A DNA stretch of 64,000 nucleotides from Eledone cirrhosa. Taxonomy: Eukaryota. The stretch is taken from positions 97,092,001 through 97,156,000 of the forward strand of contig OZ024741.1 of assembly GCA_964016885.1 (NCBI GenBank), written 5' to 3'. Positions 1-14,658 of the stretch are shown one piece after another. The notes below the pieces were generated by a model that ran no database searches, was not told where the DNA came from, and was given only the letters and a program-made list of their open reading frames with translations. Position numbers and translations under genes: made by a program. Position 1 is the first letter of the stretch. Every line of letters starts with the position of its first letter.

Positions 1-595
1 CTCCTTACTTTATTATAGTTTAGATAGTTAAAATACACTTATATTGCATGCAATTTCAGAATATATGAAAAGAGTAGAGCAACAATCATTTTGTAAAGGA
101 TACTGTCATATACACACATGTATATCACCTCAACAAAATGAAGCATTTTAAAAGTAAATAAATAATTCAGTGGACTATAATCTTAAATGAATATCGTATT
201 ACTGATTTCTCATTTCTTATTGTTCCGGAAGAAGAGTGGGATATATTAATTGTTATATTAAAGTGCTAGAGCTGGAACCTATTAAATTATCGGGGAGATT
301 TAAAGATTAAAGCTTATAAATAAATTAAATTTTAAAAATATTAGGCCATTGTGTGGTTAATCTTTAGTGAAGAAGATATAATTTGTAACGATTAGTAGAA
401 GAAGAAGTCATTTATTATGCCAATAATTAATATATTAATTCATTAGTATATTATTTATTAGAGTGAATGAGTAAGGCATAGTAGAAAGGCGGAAAGAGGT
501 ATCGATTAAACTAGTGAAGATTTTTCTAAATTTTACCAATTCATATGTTAAAATATTACATGTTTAAAGTTTAAATGGTAATGCTATTAGATATG

Positions 596-880
596 CTAGT
601 AGAAAGTTCGGGGACATTTATGTGGACAGGTGGAAAGAATCCCTAATTTTCTAATGAGAATAACATGTTTTGATTCTAAAATGTAGAGGCATTTAGTGAG
701 AAATAAATTCCATCTTCGACCTCTCGGCTGGTAAGATTTTGTGACTTTCAAGATTTTCGAATAAATGGAATACACTGTAGAGCTCTCTTTGAGTTCCAAC
801 TCATACCAGGTGACGTTGAATATAATATCTAGATCTAATATTATTTGAGGTAGCTCCTTTATATACCTTTTTGTAGCAGG
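596..880 (-). pseudogene. Degenerate Penelope-like (Naiad-type) GIY-YIG endonuclease C-terminal fragment
   Basis: ORF 596..799 reads LKE..YSIYSKILKVTKSYQPRGRRWNLFLTK..IL..ILSTCPHK, a decayed form of the LK..YSIxW.I...Y...CxLC..E..I...CxH motif seen intact at 38181-38600. Upstream YKGATS..RSRY resembles YIG.T..FK.RY. Confidence 0.6.
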
Positions 881-1046
881 GGTGGGTATACTATTGATAA
901 ACTAAACTCGTTCTGTAGAAGTTATTTCTACATGAAATATTTGTACATGAATTTGTACATACATATTTGTACATGTATATAATATTGCTTGGTTTTATAA
1001 AAAAAGTATTCATAAACTTGTTCTCTAGAAGTCATTCCTTCATGAA

Positions 1047-1077
<31 letters not shown>

Positions 1078-1084
1078 CAGAGTC

Positions 1085-1200
1085 TGCAGGACCCCTCGGG
1101 TCCTGACTCTTTAGCTATTACCCACTCTACTACCCTAAGTATCGAGTACTCTGGTGCGTTATGGTCCACCTGGTTCTTTACCACACTTCCTTCGTTATAT
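1085..1200 (+). mobile_element. 3' terminal fragment of non-coding family B (the family at 19771-21424)
   Basis: ATTACCCACTCTACTACCCTAAGTAT..GTGCGTTATGGTCCACCTGGTTC..CCTTCGTTA matches 21345-21425. Flanked by (TA)n. Confidence 0.8.
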
Positions 1201-1601
1201 ATATATTAAGTGCTTTGATAAATATATTAAAAGTGGGAGAGACCTCAACACGTGGAAAGTGTGCGTGGTATATAGATATTAATTACGTTCATAAACTTGA
1301 GTCTGTCTAAATGAAAATGTGAAACAAAGAGGCAACGGAACAATTGTTCTTCAATGACATAATATTTAGTGATATGTTACTATCTATACATGTGTGTTTG
1401 AATGTGTTTGATTGTGGTTGGGTATTGTGTGTCTTCTCCGTGTGTATATGATCGAAAGTTATAAAAATTAAATCAACATTAAATGAAATAACTATGTCAG
1501 TATATATTTTTTCCTATATATTTGTGTGAAGAGCCAGATAGCCAGATATGGCGATACTGGAAGTTAATGTCACCTTCTAATCTATATATCTATTATACTA
1601 C

Positions 1602-1834
<233 letters not shown>

Positions 1835-2085
1835 CTCACTCACACAGATATGGCTGAACATAAAATTAATTCAGTTAGAAAGTAAATACTCACCTTTTCC
1901 CGTTAAAGTCATCCTAGTATTCTGTATATAGATTGCCATAGCTACAGACACTATTTCCAATAAAGCTATGAAACATATAAATCATAGAGTCTCTCAAATA
2001 TTTTCATTATTATTATTATTATTATTTTTTGCTGATTCTTTGTTGCCAGTCACTTTCATCTGTGTACAACTTTGTTTATTATGGT

Positions 2086-2185
<100 letters not shown>

Positions 2186-5004
2186 ACTATCTGGGCTTTT
2201 CTTCTGTCTTTATTTGATGCGTCCATTATTTTCTCTCTTGCTTCATCCGAGTCTAATCCCCACATATCTTTTTTACTTTCTAAATCTATTTCCACCGTTT
2301 TATATGTATGTGTATATATATACATACATACATACACACACACATATATGTATATATATATATATATATATTGTTTATATCTCATGTGTAACTCTGGGAG
2401 TGATGGGCTTAGAGCGTTGTTTTTTGTTTAATAGTAAACTGTGCACCGGTGTATAAATATATTTCTATCCAAGTTTATTACCTCATATTTATTGTATTCA
2501 GAGTGGAAATGTTGTGTGTATCTAGCACAATATGCGAATTTGAATCGAAACAAAGAAGCAAAAATATAAATATTAATGATTGTTATCGGTATATTTCTCA
2601 ATATTTCTTTCCCCTCAGTTTCCACTCCTTATGGCGAATAATTCCCTATATACTGCTTATAGACATTCCCATATTTTTTTTTGATTTCTTATACCATTTT
2701 ATCAAGCAATGAAGTATTGGGGAATGCAATACGTCGGTTTGTAAGTAAGCGGATAACCATTGTCCTTTTATTATAGAAAATATTTAAAAAAAAGAATTTA
2801 TATAACAATTGTGTTAATATGTTTGTTTACATCTTGTTTTTCTTTCGAACAATCCTTTAGGTTACAGCGTGAACGTGACATTGTTATTTCTCCTATCGAT
2901 AAATAGAGACGCGAACTTGTGAAAGACTCTTTAGGCTGCCCCGATTATATTATTCCAGTAGTGAATGGGACTTAGATTAAAGAAAATACAATTGCCAGGA
3001 ATTGCTTGGAAGGAAAGGAATCATTTTATAGAAACAACTCATCGAAGAATCTTACCATTTGTAAACACCCTGCAAGCAATTCGATAGTCTTCTCATCCTG
3101 TTTTCGTATAGATAATTATAGGCAGTGTATTTAAAAAACGTAACATTTGCAAGTATATAGAACTGAATACCGTACAAGATAAATGGATTTTGACATCACC
3201 AGATACAGAAGATTATAATAAAAATACTTATTTATATAAGGTCATCATAATAACATCTATCGCCTCTATATGATTCCTTTCGTTCCCTTAAGTAATATTT
3301 GGCCAAAATATTCATATGATATGTGAAATTGTATCAGAGTAATATTTATTATTTACCTATACAATACCAAATTTGAAGTTTATCTGCAGATTTTATTTAG
3401 ATAATATGAGAGCTTGATTGTTTACTGCCAATGAGAAATGATTTGTGATTTTCGTACAAAGTAATTTAAGGGGGTATAGAAGCTGAAATAATGAATGAAC
3501 TCAGATAAAATTGGACGACTAACAAGTTCATTATGCAAATACGTCGGATTTGTATTTTATATAAATAAACTGCACATTGTGTCTACGATGACCATTGGCT
3601 GCTCAATGCTATACTGAAGCGTGTTGTGGGATGTTATTGATCGTAAGTTGTAAAATGAATGAGTCGTGCCTTGTAATGTGGGTGACTTTAGTAATGTCTA
3701 TTTCGATGCGAACATTTGGGCAAAGCCTCCAGTCTGAGAATGGGATCTGGTATTATAGTAAAATTTATATTAGGTAACTCTAATATAATTTATATAAATA
3801 TATATATTAAAATAACCTTTCATGCGTAACTATTACGGTTGAAGTGCCATTGGATTACCGGATTAAATCCTTGTCCGTGTATGTTTTTTCACCCTGTACT
3901 CAGAGTTACAGTGTGCACCGTTTGAAGAATTAAAGTGGACCCTTTGTTCCCAACTGCTAACTCTAATCATCTGAACGCAGCACTCAATTGTATTGTCATC
4001 AGCTTCTCACACTTGAATGCCTGCGGACCACTGTGCTCTGCTGTTTACAGTGCCAATTCACATTCCTCGTGTTCTTAAATTGTGATTGTTTTGATCCACG
4101 AAGTCACCTCTATCTCTCTTGCCCTCCCCATAGGTATTCAGTACGCTCGGTTGACGTATGTCCGGCCCTCTTTATGTCGAAGAGCAACTTCGTCAAGCCA
4201 AGGTTTCTGAGAGTATTCACAGTTATCCTGTTATATGCACCCTAGTCAAAATCGGAATCAGTCGTGGTGTAGAATGCGAAATATAACGTAATTTTTGGTT
4301 AAATTTGATGGCAATAAACCAACATACCACACAGTTGCGTTTGTATGTGTCCGGTTTCCTGTTCATTCCTTATCAACAATGTTCTCCACAATACATCAGA
4401 GCCTACTACAATTAGGAACTCGGCAGTAGTTATTTTGCGACAAATCTTCGTTTAGTCTTTTGGGTCTGTCTGACAAGCCCCAAGTAACATTCTTCCACTC
4501 TGCTTTCAAAAGCCATAGCGGTTTCTAGCTAACCGGCATCCTTGCTGTCACCTGGCACTTAGCGATAACACAAATGCGAGTAACACAAATGATGATGCAG
4601 CTCCATAACGGAAGATTTTTGTCATCATTTTCAGTACAATTCACCTTTCAAACAAGGTTTTTCTCAACGTGATTTTTAAGTATAGTATGTTACAGCTAAC
4701 TTACCATCCCAATTCTAGCTAATGAATTGCGACCGAGGGAGTGCAGTAACCAGGTGAACCCGTTGACAAACGAGGTTTCGTTACGCAACTAGCTGAAGAC
4801 TGCAGGCTGTCAAAATATCGACAACGTTCCAAGGGGACTGCCAGTGAGTGTACAGCAGTGAATATATCTGACATATTGGGTAGCCGAACCCTCAGTTAAT
4901 CGCTGCTATCGAGGCATAGTTGGCTACACGTTGGAATGAGCCCGGAATATATCTTTTGATGTTTTTTTTTTTCTATTCTGTCCGCTACTACCATAAAGTA
5001 TTAT

Positions 5005-5138
5005 TTGCCCCTTTACGATCTGAGTTCAAATCCCGCCGAGGTTGACTTTGCCTTTCATCCTTACGGGGTCGATAAAATAAAGTACCAGTAATGCACTGGG
5101 TAATTGCTGGCCTTGTGTCAAAAGTAGAAACAATTATT
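5005..5138 (+). mobile_element. tRNA-derived SINE (octopus-type), 5' degraded
   Basis: B box GAGTTCAAATCCC followed by the conserved body GCCTTTCATCCTTACGGGGTCGATAAAATAAAGTACC. Same family as 42506-42695. Confidence 0.85.
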
Positions 5139-6921
5139 TGCCTGGGGATTATGCATGCTCGTGAGACAGCTTGCAAAGACAGGATAGATGAAGTGACACC
5201 ATTCTATCGACGTATTGTAGTCGTTAATGTTAGAAAGTGCATACACATATACATTTAAATAATCTGGTACTGTACTGGTCGTATGCTTCAAATTAAATAT
5301 TAGAGCTGCATGGTAAATGATATATGTTTCAAACTACATACATTTTTTTTATTTAACTCTTCAATTGAAGCGAATGCTTACTGGAAATTTATAACATTTT
5401 ATAAAGAAGTAGGAGAACTGCATACGTGTGGACTTTTCTATAATGCGTTACCGATTGATCAGTGGTATAACCTCTTAAAAGACAATGACAGTAACTTCTC
5501 ATATTAATGATATAACAAGCTGGCACATCAACAACCATACAAATATAACTATAGCAATTGTCAGCGGAAGAATAATATAACAGCTATATAAACCCATTTA
5601 TATATTTTCCATAGGAAAATAGCGATGGTAGTAGCAATATAAAATATCAGTAATATGGAAAAGCGATTCGTAGCACTATGTATAAGAACTCATTACAAAA
5701 TACAAATACTCCAATTAAAATATATACAGCACAAAACATAAACGTACGAAAAGATAGACAAAAAAAAAGTGCTCAATCCAGAAGAAATACGATATGCAAA
5801 ACAGCAATACTTTTCATTACTGTATATAATTAAAAGGCAAACAAAACAAATACTCTCCCCCCTGAAACCAATGACTTACACCATAACTATCGTTTATCTT
5901 CTCTCTGATCTCGTAGACAAAAATAAAAATAAAATGCATAACGATGATTGTATCGATTTTATTCTTAAAAATTTCAGCATCGTTTGCTTTTTCGGAGACA
6001 TTGATTAAAATACATTTGTGTTCATTTTTCTTCTTCCTTTCTTCTTCAATTATTTTTCTTCTTCTTGCAGTCTTCCAGATTGTAATGGGTGTTTCAGTTT
6101 GATGGTATAAAGAACATCTTTGTTGAAAGAATCATGATAATGATGAAGATTATGATGGTCATAATCATAATCATCATCGAATACATCAACAACAATATTA
6201 TATACATCATCACTTTTGTTGTCTTCTTCTTCTTCTTCTTCTTCTTCTTCTTCTTGCTATTCATGCACCTCCTCCTCCACCTTCATTACCCTCTTCATAT
6301 AAGCTGCTTCGTCAATAAAAGCGTATTTCGTTTAGTTTATGTATGTCATTCTCGTTTTTTAATTATATGTTCTACAGATAGATCTTTATTTTGTCAACAT
6401 GTCTAACATATATACTAACGTTTTCTAGATTTCAATTTATTCATACGTATATTCTTTTCTTACTATAGAATCTATTATCTCTTATTCACAGGAAATATAT
6501 CTCTAATTTTTTTCACACAAAATTCTTTTTATAACTTTAGCTTCGTAATATGTATGATTAGGTATATGGGTGGAATTGAGGTTGTCATTTGCCTACATAA
6601 ATACGGTTACATTTGCAATATGCGTTTTTAATTCTTTACAAATGAATATTTTATGTATTTCCGTTGTTTTATTCTTTTGTCTATAACCAGTAATACTTTG
6701 GAATTATTCAACAGTTTCACATAGGGAGATATTCCATGTTTTGTATTTCATAGAAAAAAAACACGGTAAGTCGATAGTTTTATATGAAGGGGGAAGTTTT
6801 GTTGCATGGTATTGGTGAAAACAGAAAGAAACTGCAAAAAAAGATATCATAATTTGTATAGCATATTTCTATTACATCTTTGGTGTGCATAAGCATACAA
6901 ACACAGATACACGTATATATG

Positions 6922-7010
<89 letters not shown>

Positions 7011-7700
7011 CATATATACATATGTGCTTGTGTGTGTGTGTGCGTGTGTGTGTGTGTGTGTTTGTATATATACATATTGTTTGTGTGTGTGTGCGTTCGT
7101 GTGTGTGTATGTATTTATTTATATGTGTATATATGGGTCTATAAGTGTGTGAATATATATGAAAAAAATATTGATAAAATCAATGCCACGATTTTCACAT
7201 ATACACTTGAACAGGGACACCATCGAATACAGATAAATGTTAACTGTAAGTTTATTTACAAGTGAATGTTCGGTTACGTGTATCGAAAACATTAGCATTC
7301 ATTTCAAAGACATCAATGTATATGCGTATGTATATGTATATGTGATATGTATATGTGATATGTATCGAAACTTCTAGTTTTTTGTCATTTGAATAACGAT
7401 GAACTACCTAGTTCATATAGGCATAAAGGGAAGGAAATCAGATCGTGGTTTAGAGAGTTGTAAATCCAAAAGGAATATGTTTTGTACAACATTAAAAATA
7501 GAAGTTGAAAGAAAGATAACAGGCTACACTATAGTTACAATAACGTTTAGATGCTGAAGGCAGCAAATGGATTAATCTTAGCGCTAAAGATGCAACATGA
7601 TTGTCGAAGTACAGAGTAAATGCAACATTTTGTGTACTGCAAAATCTTTTAGGTGGCTGTTAAAGGAACATTTGCCCTACAGTGATTCAAGTAATAGGCA

Positions 7701-7913
7701 TAATGATTTCTGATATTGGTACAAGACCAGCAATTTTTGTGAGAGTGGAAAGTCGATTAAATCGACCCAGTTCATTACTGGTATTGTAGTTACTCGGACC
7801 CGTAAGGTTGAAAGGCAAAGCTAACCGCGGTTGGATTTGAACTCAGAGCCAAAAGGGACATGATTATATGCGGTAAACCATATTGTCTGACGCTTTACCG
7901 ATCTGACAATCCA
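7701..7913 (-). mobile_element. tRNA-derived SINE, older diverged copy
   Basis: Reverse complement carries a B box (GAGTTCAAATCC) and the same body, plus a GTCGATTTAATCGAC hairpin insert. Confidence 0.8.
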
Positions 7914-8473
7914 ACGGTAATAACAAATAATAACAATAATATAATTAGCAATGTTATAAACGTGACTCATTTTAATCTTAGTGCTAAACCTAGACCGAAA
8001 ACTAGAAAATTAGGGTGACCTGAGAATACAAATAGGTAGCATGGAAGATGTTTATGTGGCTCTTGACACAACAGTTATTACCATTGCGTCTTTTGCGATG
8101 CACAATCTTTTTTGTCTGCACGTTTAACAGGATACATATCAGGTATGATTTTATTTTTACCAAGATATATGTATATTTTAGGATATTTCCGACCATCTTG
8201 ACACTTTCGACCACATACATTCTTCCATCATGTCTTCACTGATCACCGACATATCTAATTCACTGGAACTCTAAATGTTATTGTTTCCTCGAGAAGAAAT
8301 ATCGGGGATCAGAATAACGGTTGGGTATGTCTAATTAGCTTTTCTTTCAAACTAGATAAATTTTCAGGTCTATAAAAATCACAGGAGCGTAACATTTACC
8401 ATTTAATTCTGCTTAATATTTATGGAAAGTTTGTAATAACGAGCGAAACACATCCGACGCCAGGGAAATAATA

Positions 8474-8508
<35 letters not shown>

Positions 8509-8830
8509 ATATTCCTCATTTTTTTCATTCATTTCCATGTGCAATTAATGGAGTTGCATTACGTACTATACGTGACACACTGTGAGGGCCATTAAAATAA
8601 ACTACATGTTATATGCGTGCATTAGTTTGTGCTGTACTGCATCTAGACTCACTTTCTAACAGTGCCAATAGCATATAACTTTTCCTAAAGAAGTTAATTA
8701 CTAACCGCTCACTCATCGAATCTTAATTTCAGATAGGTAAATCGTCGTTAGCAGTGTCCCATGATCATACTCCTGTTTCAAATTTTATGAGAAAGAGCAA
8801 AAAAAACAACAAAAAAACGAGTGTTCACGC

Positions 8831-8899
<69 letters not shown>

Positions 8900-9149
8900 G
8901 CACACAAATGCACACACACATACACACACACACACACTCACACACACACACACTCTCTCTGTCTCTCTCTCTATCTCTCTCTCTCTGCATATGTATATAT
9001 ATATATATAAATATATTGGAAAATGTGTGAGATCCTTGGTACAGTTAAGGCATATTTGAAAAAAAGGAAAAGAATGACTTCACTTGTAGTTCTAAATAAT
9101 TTGATTTAATTTTATAATATTGTAATAATATGAGTTGGTAGATCTATAT

Positions 9150-9360
9150 ATATATAGTAATAATACTAAATGTGAAGAGGGCTCGATAAGGATAAATATA
9201 TATCAAATATATAAGAACCCTAGAGCAAATATTTATTAAAATAACAGATTAAAGTTTAAGCAAAGAATTGCTGCTTTCACCCTTAACGGGATCTTCTGAG
9301 TTTCAGAAGAGCCCGTTAAGGGTGAAAGCAGCGATTCTTTGCTTAAACTTTAATCTGTTA

Positions 9361-9368
<8 letters not shown>
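9150..9368. mobile_element. Non-coding family A element forming a fold-back (arms ~9234-9299 and 9302-9368) between TA tracts
   Basis: ATAACAGATTAAAGTTTAAGCAAAGAAT..CTTCTGA is followed directly by its reverse complement. The family recurs at 32645, 34205, 48240, 49280-50780 and 54170. Confidence 0.85.
9299..9349 (+). ncRNA. Type I hammerhead-like motif, U4A core variant (CAGAAGA)
   Basis: AGTTT-CAGAAGA-GCCC gttaa GGGT-GAAA-GCAG cgattct TTGC-TT-AAACT. Stems I, II and III all pair. Confidence 0.7.
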
Positions 9369-9408
<40 letters not shown>

Positions 9409-9582
9409 AAACCCTCCATTTCAATTCTACTTTTGAAAAGCACAAGAACTGCGAAACCGGAAAAGGAACCAAATAAATATATTAAAAAAAAAACTCCAGT
9501 TCCATTTTCAATTTCATCTTTTTCCTTATACGTTCACTCGTGTAGGACACCTCGTTCTTTTTACATTTAAAAAAAAACTCAC

Positions 9583-9658
<76 letters not shown>

Positions 9659-11728
9659 TAATTCTATACTAACGTTGGCTTTCCACTACAGTTTTCTCTA
9701 TCATCGAACATTTTTAGATATTAAGAAAATGTTCATTCTTTGAGCACACGTAAATAATTATTGATCACGTCAATATTGACTAAGGTTGTACTAAATTTCA
9801 TTGTTATAACGTTTTTCTCACATGAATACGTTTTTCATATGAATCGAAACTGTCCCCATGATAATAAGTAGAAATTACGACGACCACAAGACTGTATATT
9901 CTGCAAATGTCTGAGCGTTGTCTGTAAACTTGTAATCTAGTATCCTATGTGAGGTCTCTTTGATTGCAACAGCATTGATGGATATTTTCAATGCCTCTCT
10001 GTTGTCTTCGATTATCATTTCTATGCTTTCTCTTTCTATAATCAAATAAATTCTACAATTCACAGAAATTCTCTATTTCCCAGCGGCAACTAATTGCTTT
10101 CATGTAAGGTTTTAATGATGTTGGCAGAGGCATGGTTATACCCAGTGCTATTTCTAATAGTTTGCAATGGACAGAAATGATCGGTCATATACTAGGACCA
10201 ATGATACATGGCTGAAAATTACTTGTATTTTTCAAATGGAAACGACAGAAAGTGTTCCATAACGACATAGATAGTTTTCTTTGACTTTGCTAACTCACAG
10301 TTCCAAATTTGAATAGTGCTAGCCGGGATAAGACATGCAATCCAACCGTTTTTATTATATAATTACTAAAGTGCTGATGGCTGGGCATTTGTGTAATATT
10401 CCGCTCTAGGTTCAAATAATGATGAAGTCCAACATTAATTGAAGTACCATTCAATTACTAACGTCGATATGATTCTTCTTTTCTTATCAGAGTTTTGGGC
10501 TCGTGCATATTTATTTGAAATTAATGTATAATTAGTATCGCAAGGAAATATATATGATTTCCCAAGCGTTTGAGCAGAACTATATTTCATATGTAATTCC
10601 TATTCCCAGAAAATAATAAAATACAAAACAATCTCTAATTTTAGAATGATGAATTAATCAAACTACAATGAAAGAGCATAATATATATTATAATTGATTT
10701 CTTTTATCAAATAACTAAAATAACGGCTTAGGGGAGGTGGTCATGCTCTCTTTCCCAACAAATGCAAAATTATTGAAGTTAGCTATATGTAATATATATG
10801 TAATTTACTCACTAACATTACAAAAGGTTATTATAAAACAACGGATAACTCTGGGAAACAGGAACATACGATAATTAAATATTAGTGCAAATGCAGATAT
10901 TTTCCTTTCACAGCATTGCATGGAAAGTAATCAGCTCAGTCAGATAGAATAGACCAAATGGTATTACATAAATATTAGGCTTACTCAAATTCGAATTATG
11001 CCTATGTGCTTGCAAGCCTGCTACATACAATCCACTCATCGGTGGAATCAACTGCCATCGATTTGAACTACTGATCATAGAATGTCGTTCGTTTTTCTTC
11101 TCATGTAAATTTGAAAGTTCATTATTCGCATTATTAATACTAGTGAGACACGTGAAAATTCGAGGTTTTATTAATGTTATTTTCATTTCGATGCAAACAT
11201 TGATCGATTTTCAGAAATTGTTTTTTAAATTTGTCATCATTAAGCTTTCTAAAAGTGACATTCTGGAACTCGTTTCATTATACTTTCAATTAAATACTTG
11301 AAATTTTCCAAACCCTACCGATCGAAAACATACCACGAAGAGCAGAATGATTTTATTGGGATTTACGAATGGTTTGACGCCGCAGATTGAATGCAAGGTG
11401 GAATTTAGGTAAAACCCTTGAGGTTCTGAGTTCAAACGTCGATATAGTGGAATTTCTATGATAAATATAATCATTACTAATCAAAATAAAGACAGTAACA
11501 TCCTACAACAGTTATAAAAGGTCTCTTCCTTTGTATGTATGCTAAAGCATATTAGTTTGGTTTTCTATCTAATCTTCAATCTATCTATCATGACATGAAA
11601 TTTATACTTCGTTTCAAGTTTTATGAGGTATAGAATATCATGGCTACGAACAAAAATCGCCAGAGGAATGTGATAACCTGTTCTAAATATCTAAGCAGAG
11701 CGGCCGAAAACTGCATTCTGTAAATAAT

Positions 11729-11946
11729 GGTTTCTGATTTAGGCACAAGGCCAGCAATTTTGAGGGAGAGGAAAGTCGATTAAAACGACCCCAGTGCGTG
11801 ATTGGTACTTTATTTTATCGACCCCGTAAGGATGAAAGGCAAAGTTAACATCGGCGGGATTTGAACTCAGATCATAAAGGGCCGTAACTATATTCTGCAG
11901 AACATGGTGTCCGACCCTCTACCGATACTGCCAATCCACCATCCTT
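11729..11946 (-). mobile_element. Full-length tRNA-derived SINE with 15-bp target-site duplication (TSD)
   Basis: A box TGGCAGTATCGG and B box GAGTTCAAATCCC on the minus strand. TSD CATTCTGTAAATAAT at 11714-11728 and 11947-11961. Confidence 0.92.
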
Positions 11947-12318
11947 CATTCTGTAAATAATAGAAACCAGGTTGAAAAATAAAATAAATATTTGAGCAAC
12001 ATTCGATGTATGAAATAAAGTGTTTCATTAATAGAATGACATAACAGGATGTTACACAAGAAAGGTCCCAAACTAACATCATGTATAGTAATAACAAATT
12101 AAATATCACGTCAATACGAGAGAAAGCAAAAAAATGAAAATACTATAACAACAGAAACGATAACTTTCTCTTCAGGCTAATGTCAGCAAAGTTTAGGAGA
12201 GGGGCGTACTCTAAATCAGTATTTTCAGCCATTTTCACAGGGAGTATTATGGTAACGACAAACGCGTTCGTGGAATACTCATCTTCGTAAACGGGGAGGG
12301 GGCTCCATTCCATATCTA

Positions 12319-12349
<31 letters not shown>

Positions 12350-12377
12350 GAGTGCGTGTGTGTGTATGTGTGTGTGT

Positions 12378-12454
<77 letters not shown>

Positions 12455-12736
12455 TGTGTATGTGTGTGTGTGTTACGTAGATAAAATGCCAAAGAAAACA
12501 TTGCTCAATTTATTGTAAAAAGACATTATTTAGTATAATTAAAATGCCATATATGTGTGGCCATGGGTTTCCGTATCCAGGTATAGCAACCCCTCTATAG
12601 ATGAGAGGTCTTTATTGAAACGGCTCCTCCACTATACAGTGGTGGATATAACCTAACCCCGAAACCTAAGGACGCGCTGCATGTTAAATGTTTGACATTT
12701 TAACTATAATATATACATATATATATTATAGTTAAA

Positions 12737-12794
<58 letters not shown>

Positions 12795-12998
12795 TTTAGG
12801 TTCGTTAGTTCACCACTGGATAGAAATGGTCATTCCGTATAGTAAACCGTGATGTGATATCAGGAAAAGCACTAGATAATGCAACTCACCCATCTTCGTT
12901 TGTGTTGTATCTTGTTGGTGGTGGGAGAACGCAGTTAATTATCATTGATTAAAATGGCAGGAAGCTGAACTGGTGAAATTCCTTAAAGTTTTATTATA

Positions 12999-13058
12999 AA
13001 CACTATGCACATTTCAATGAATGGGTTCTGCAAGAACCCGGTGACATCATCAGGTGTT
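12999..13058 (-). ncRNA. Type I hammerhead ribozyme, canonical core
   Basis: Reverse complement: AACAC-CTGATGA-tgtcacc GGGTTCT tgc AGAACCC attcatt-GAAA-TGTGCA-TA-GTGTT. Confidence 0.75.
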
Positions 13059-13356
13059 ACGAAATGTATCTAATAAAGGAATATAATAATGGTAGACACA
13101 ATCCAAGGGACTGAAAAGTAGAGAGAAACGTTTAAGACCTGAAGGCGGCCAGAGCCAGCTGTTGCCAGCCTGGGTGACCGCCTTCACGTCTTAAAGGCGG
13201 TCACCCTGGTCTCAACTCCGCAGACTATATATACTTATATATATGCAATACTTATCGAGCTCTCTTATGATTTTGGTCTTTTTATTTATTATGCTACACA
13301 TACACACGCCCCCTCCTCACACACGCACACACACACACACTCACAAACACACACAT

Positions 13357-13430
<74 letters not shown>

Positions 13431-14521
13431 GTGTGTGTATTAGCAATATCATATTCATGAGTATTAATACAAACAGGGTTCTTGTATATACAGCAATACA
13501 GCAGGAAGATATTTCATTATAAACAAATTTTATTTGAGTGCTTTTATCCAAATGAGTTAATATTATTGATTAATTAATATATAGCATTTTCCACCACCAC
13601 ATACTCATCTTCGTCAAAGTTCCCTTGCTTATATCATCCTCATCCTCATCGTCCTCGTCATTTTCACCATAATTAGCATCATCATTGTCATCATCATAAT
13701 CATTCATTTCATTATCTATTATAGCTACATCCTCCTTAGGAGAGTATTAATACGTTGTTCCTGTTATTTATAAACTCATAAATCTATGCTTAATATTATT
13801 CTCATTTAGTATTCTTACTACATCTTTTTTCTTTTAAGAACTTTAAAGAAAATAAATCGAAATGTTTAAAGAGTATCAACATAGCAATCTGTATCATCTT
13901 AGTCAACATTCGCACATTCACATACCGGTTATCACAGCCATTATTATGATGGGCATAATGATGATAAACTAGATTATTTTTCTGATTTTAATAATCATGA
14001 CCATCTTCATCAAAATCATCTTCATCATAATCATTGTTATTATCAGCATCATCCTCATCATCTTTACCATTACCCCACCAACAACTACACCCCACAACCA
14101 CCAACTCTCCACCACCATCACCGCCACCTACACCATCACCACCACAGCCAGCACCAACAAAACACTCACCACTTCAATCATAGAAATGAATGAAAGATTG
14201 CCTTTCAAAAACAATAATAATATTAATAAGCGTCGTGAGACTAATGCAATAATAAGGATTTATATAAGTGAGGCAGTAACTTAATATTCTTCATTAGCTC
14301 TAATGAATGAATGAAAATTGAATTGATCTTCAACGACACAATTTTGTTCTGTTAATGAAATATCTAATGCTTCAGTGATTTTTTCGTATGTTTTGTGCTT
14401 TCAATTTTAATTATTGTCTTGATTTTTCCCGTTCTTTTACCTGTAATTCAAACTTGAATGGGTTCATGGGGTTTAACCATCCCCGTACACTTAAGAGAGT
14501 GTTCCTTGGAAGATACATACA

Positions 14522-14591
<70 letters not shown>

Positions 14592-14614
14592 ACTACTACT
14601 ACTACTACAACACA

Positions 14615-14658
<44 letters not shown>

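Noticed and set aside
86-141. HHR-like relic on the minus strand (TCATTTTG/CAAAATGA stem)
   Set aside because: The core reads TTGAGGT..GACA with three or more changes. It fits the PLE 3' UTR position but cannot be supported.
1522-1568. GTGAAGA-GCCA..TGGC-GATA hammerhead-like motif
   Set aside because: Two core mutations and no convincing stem I.
4100-4950. Possible Gypsy gag remnant (YVEEQLRQAKV.., LGLSDKP)
   Set aside because: Similarity is too weak and fragmented to call without a profile search.
9875-10330. Possible LTR-retrotransposon RNase H relic on the minus strand (MTDHFCPLQTI)
   Set aside because: A single short motif among stops. It needs tBLASTn or HMM support.
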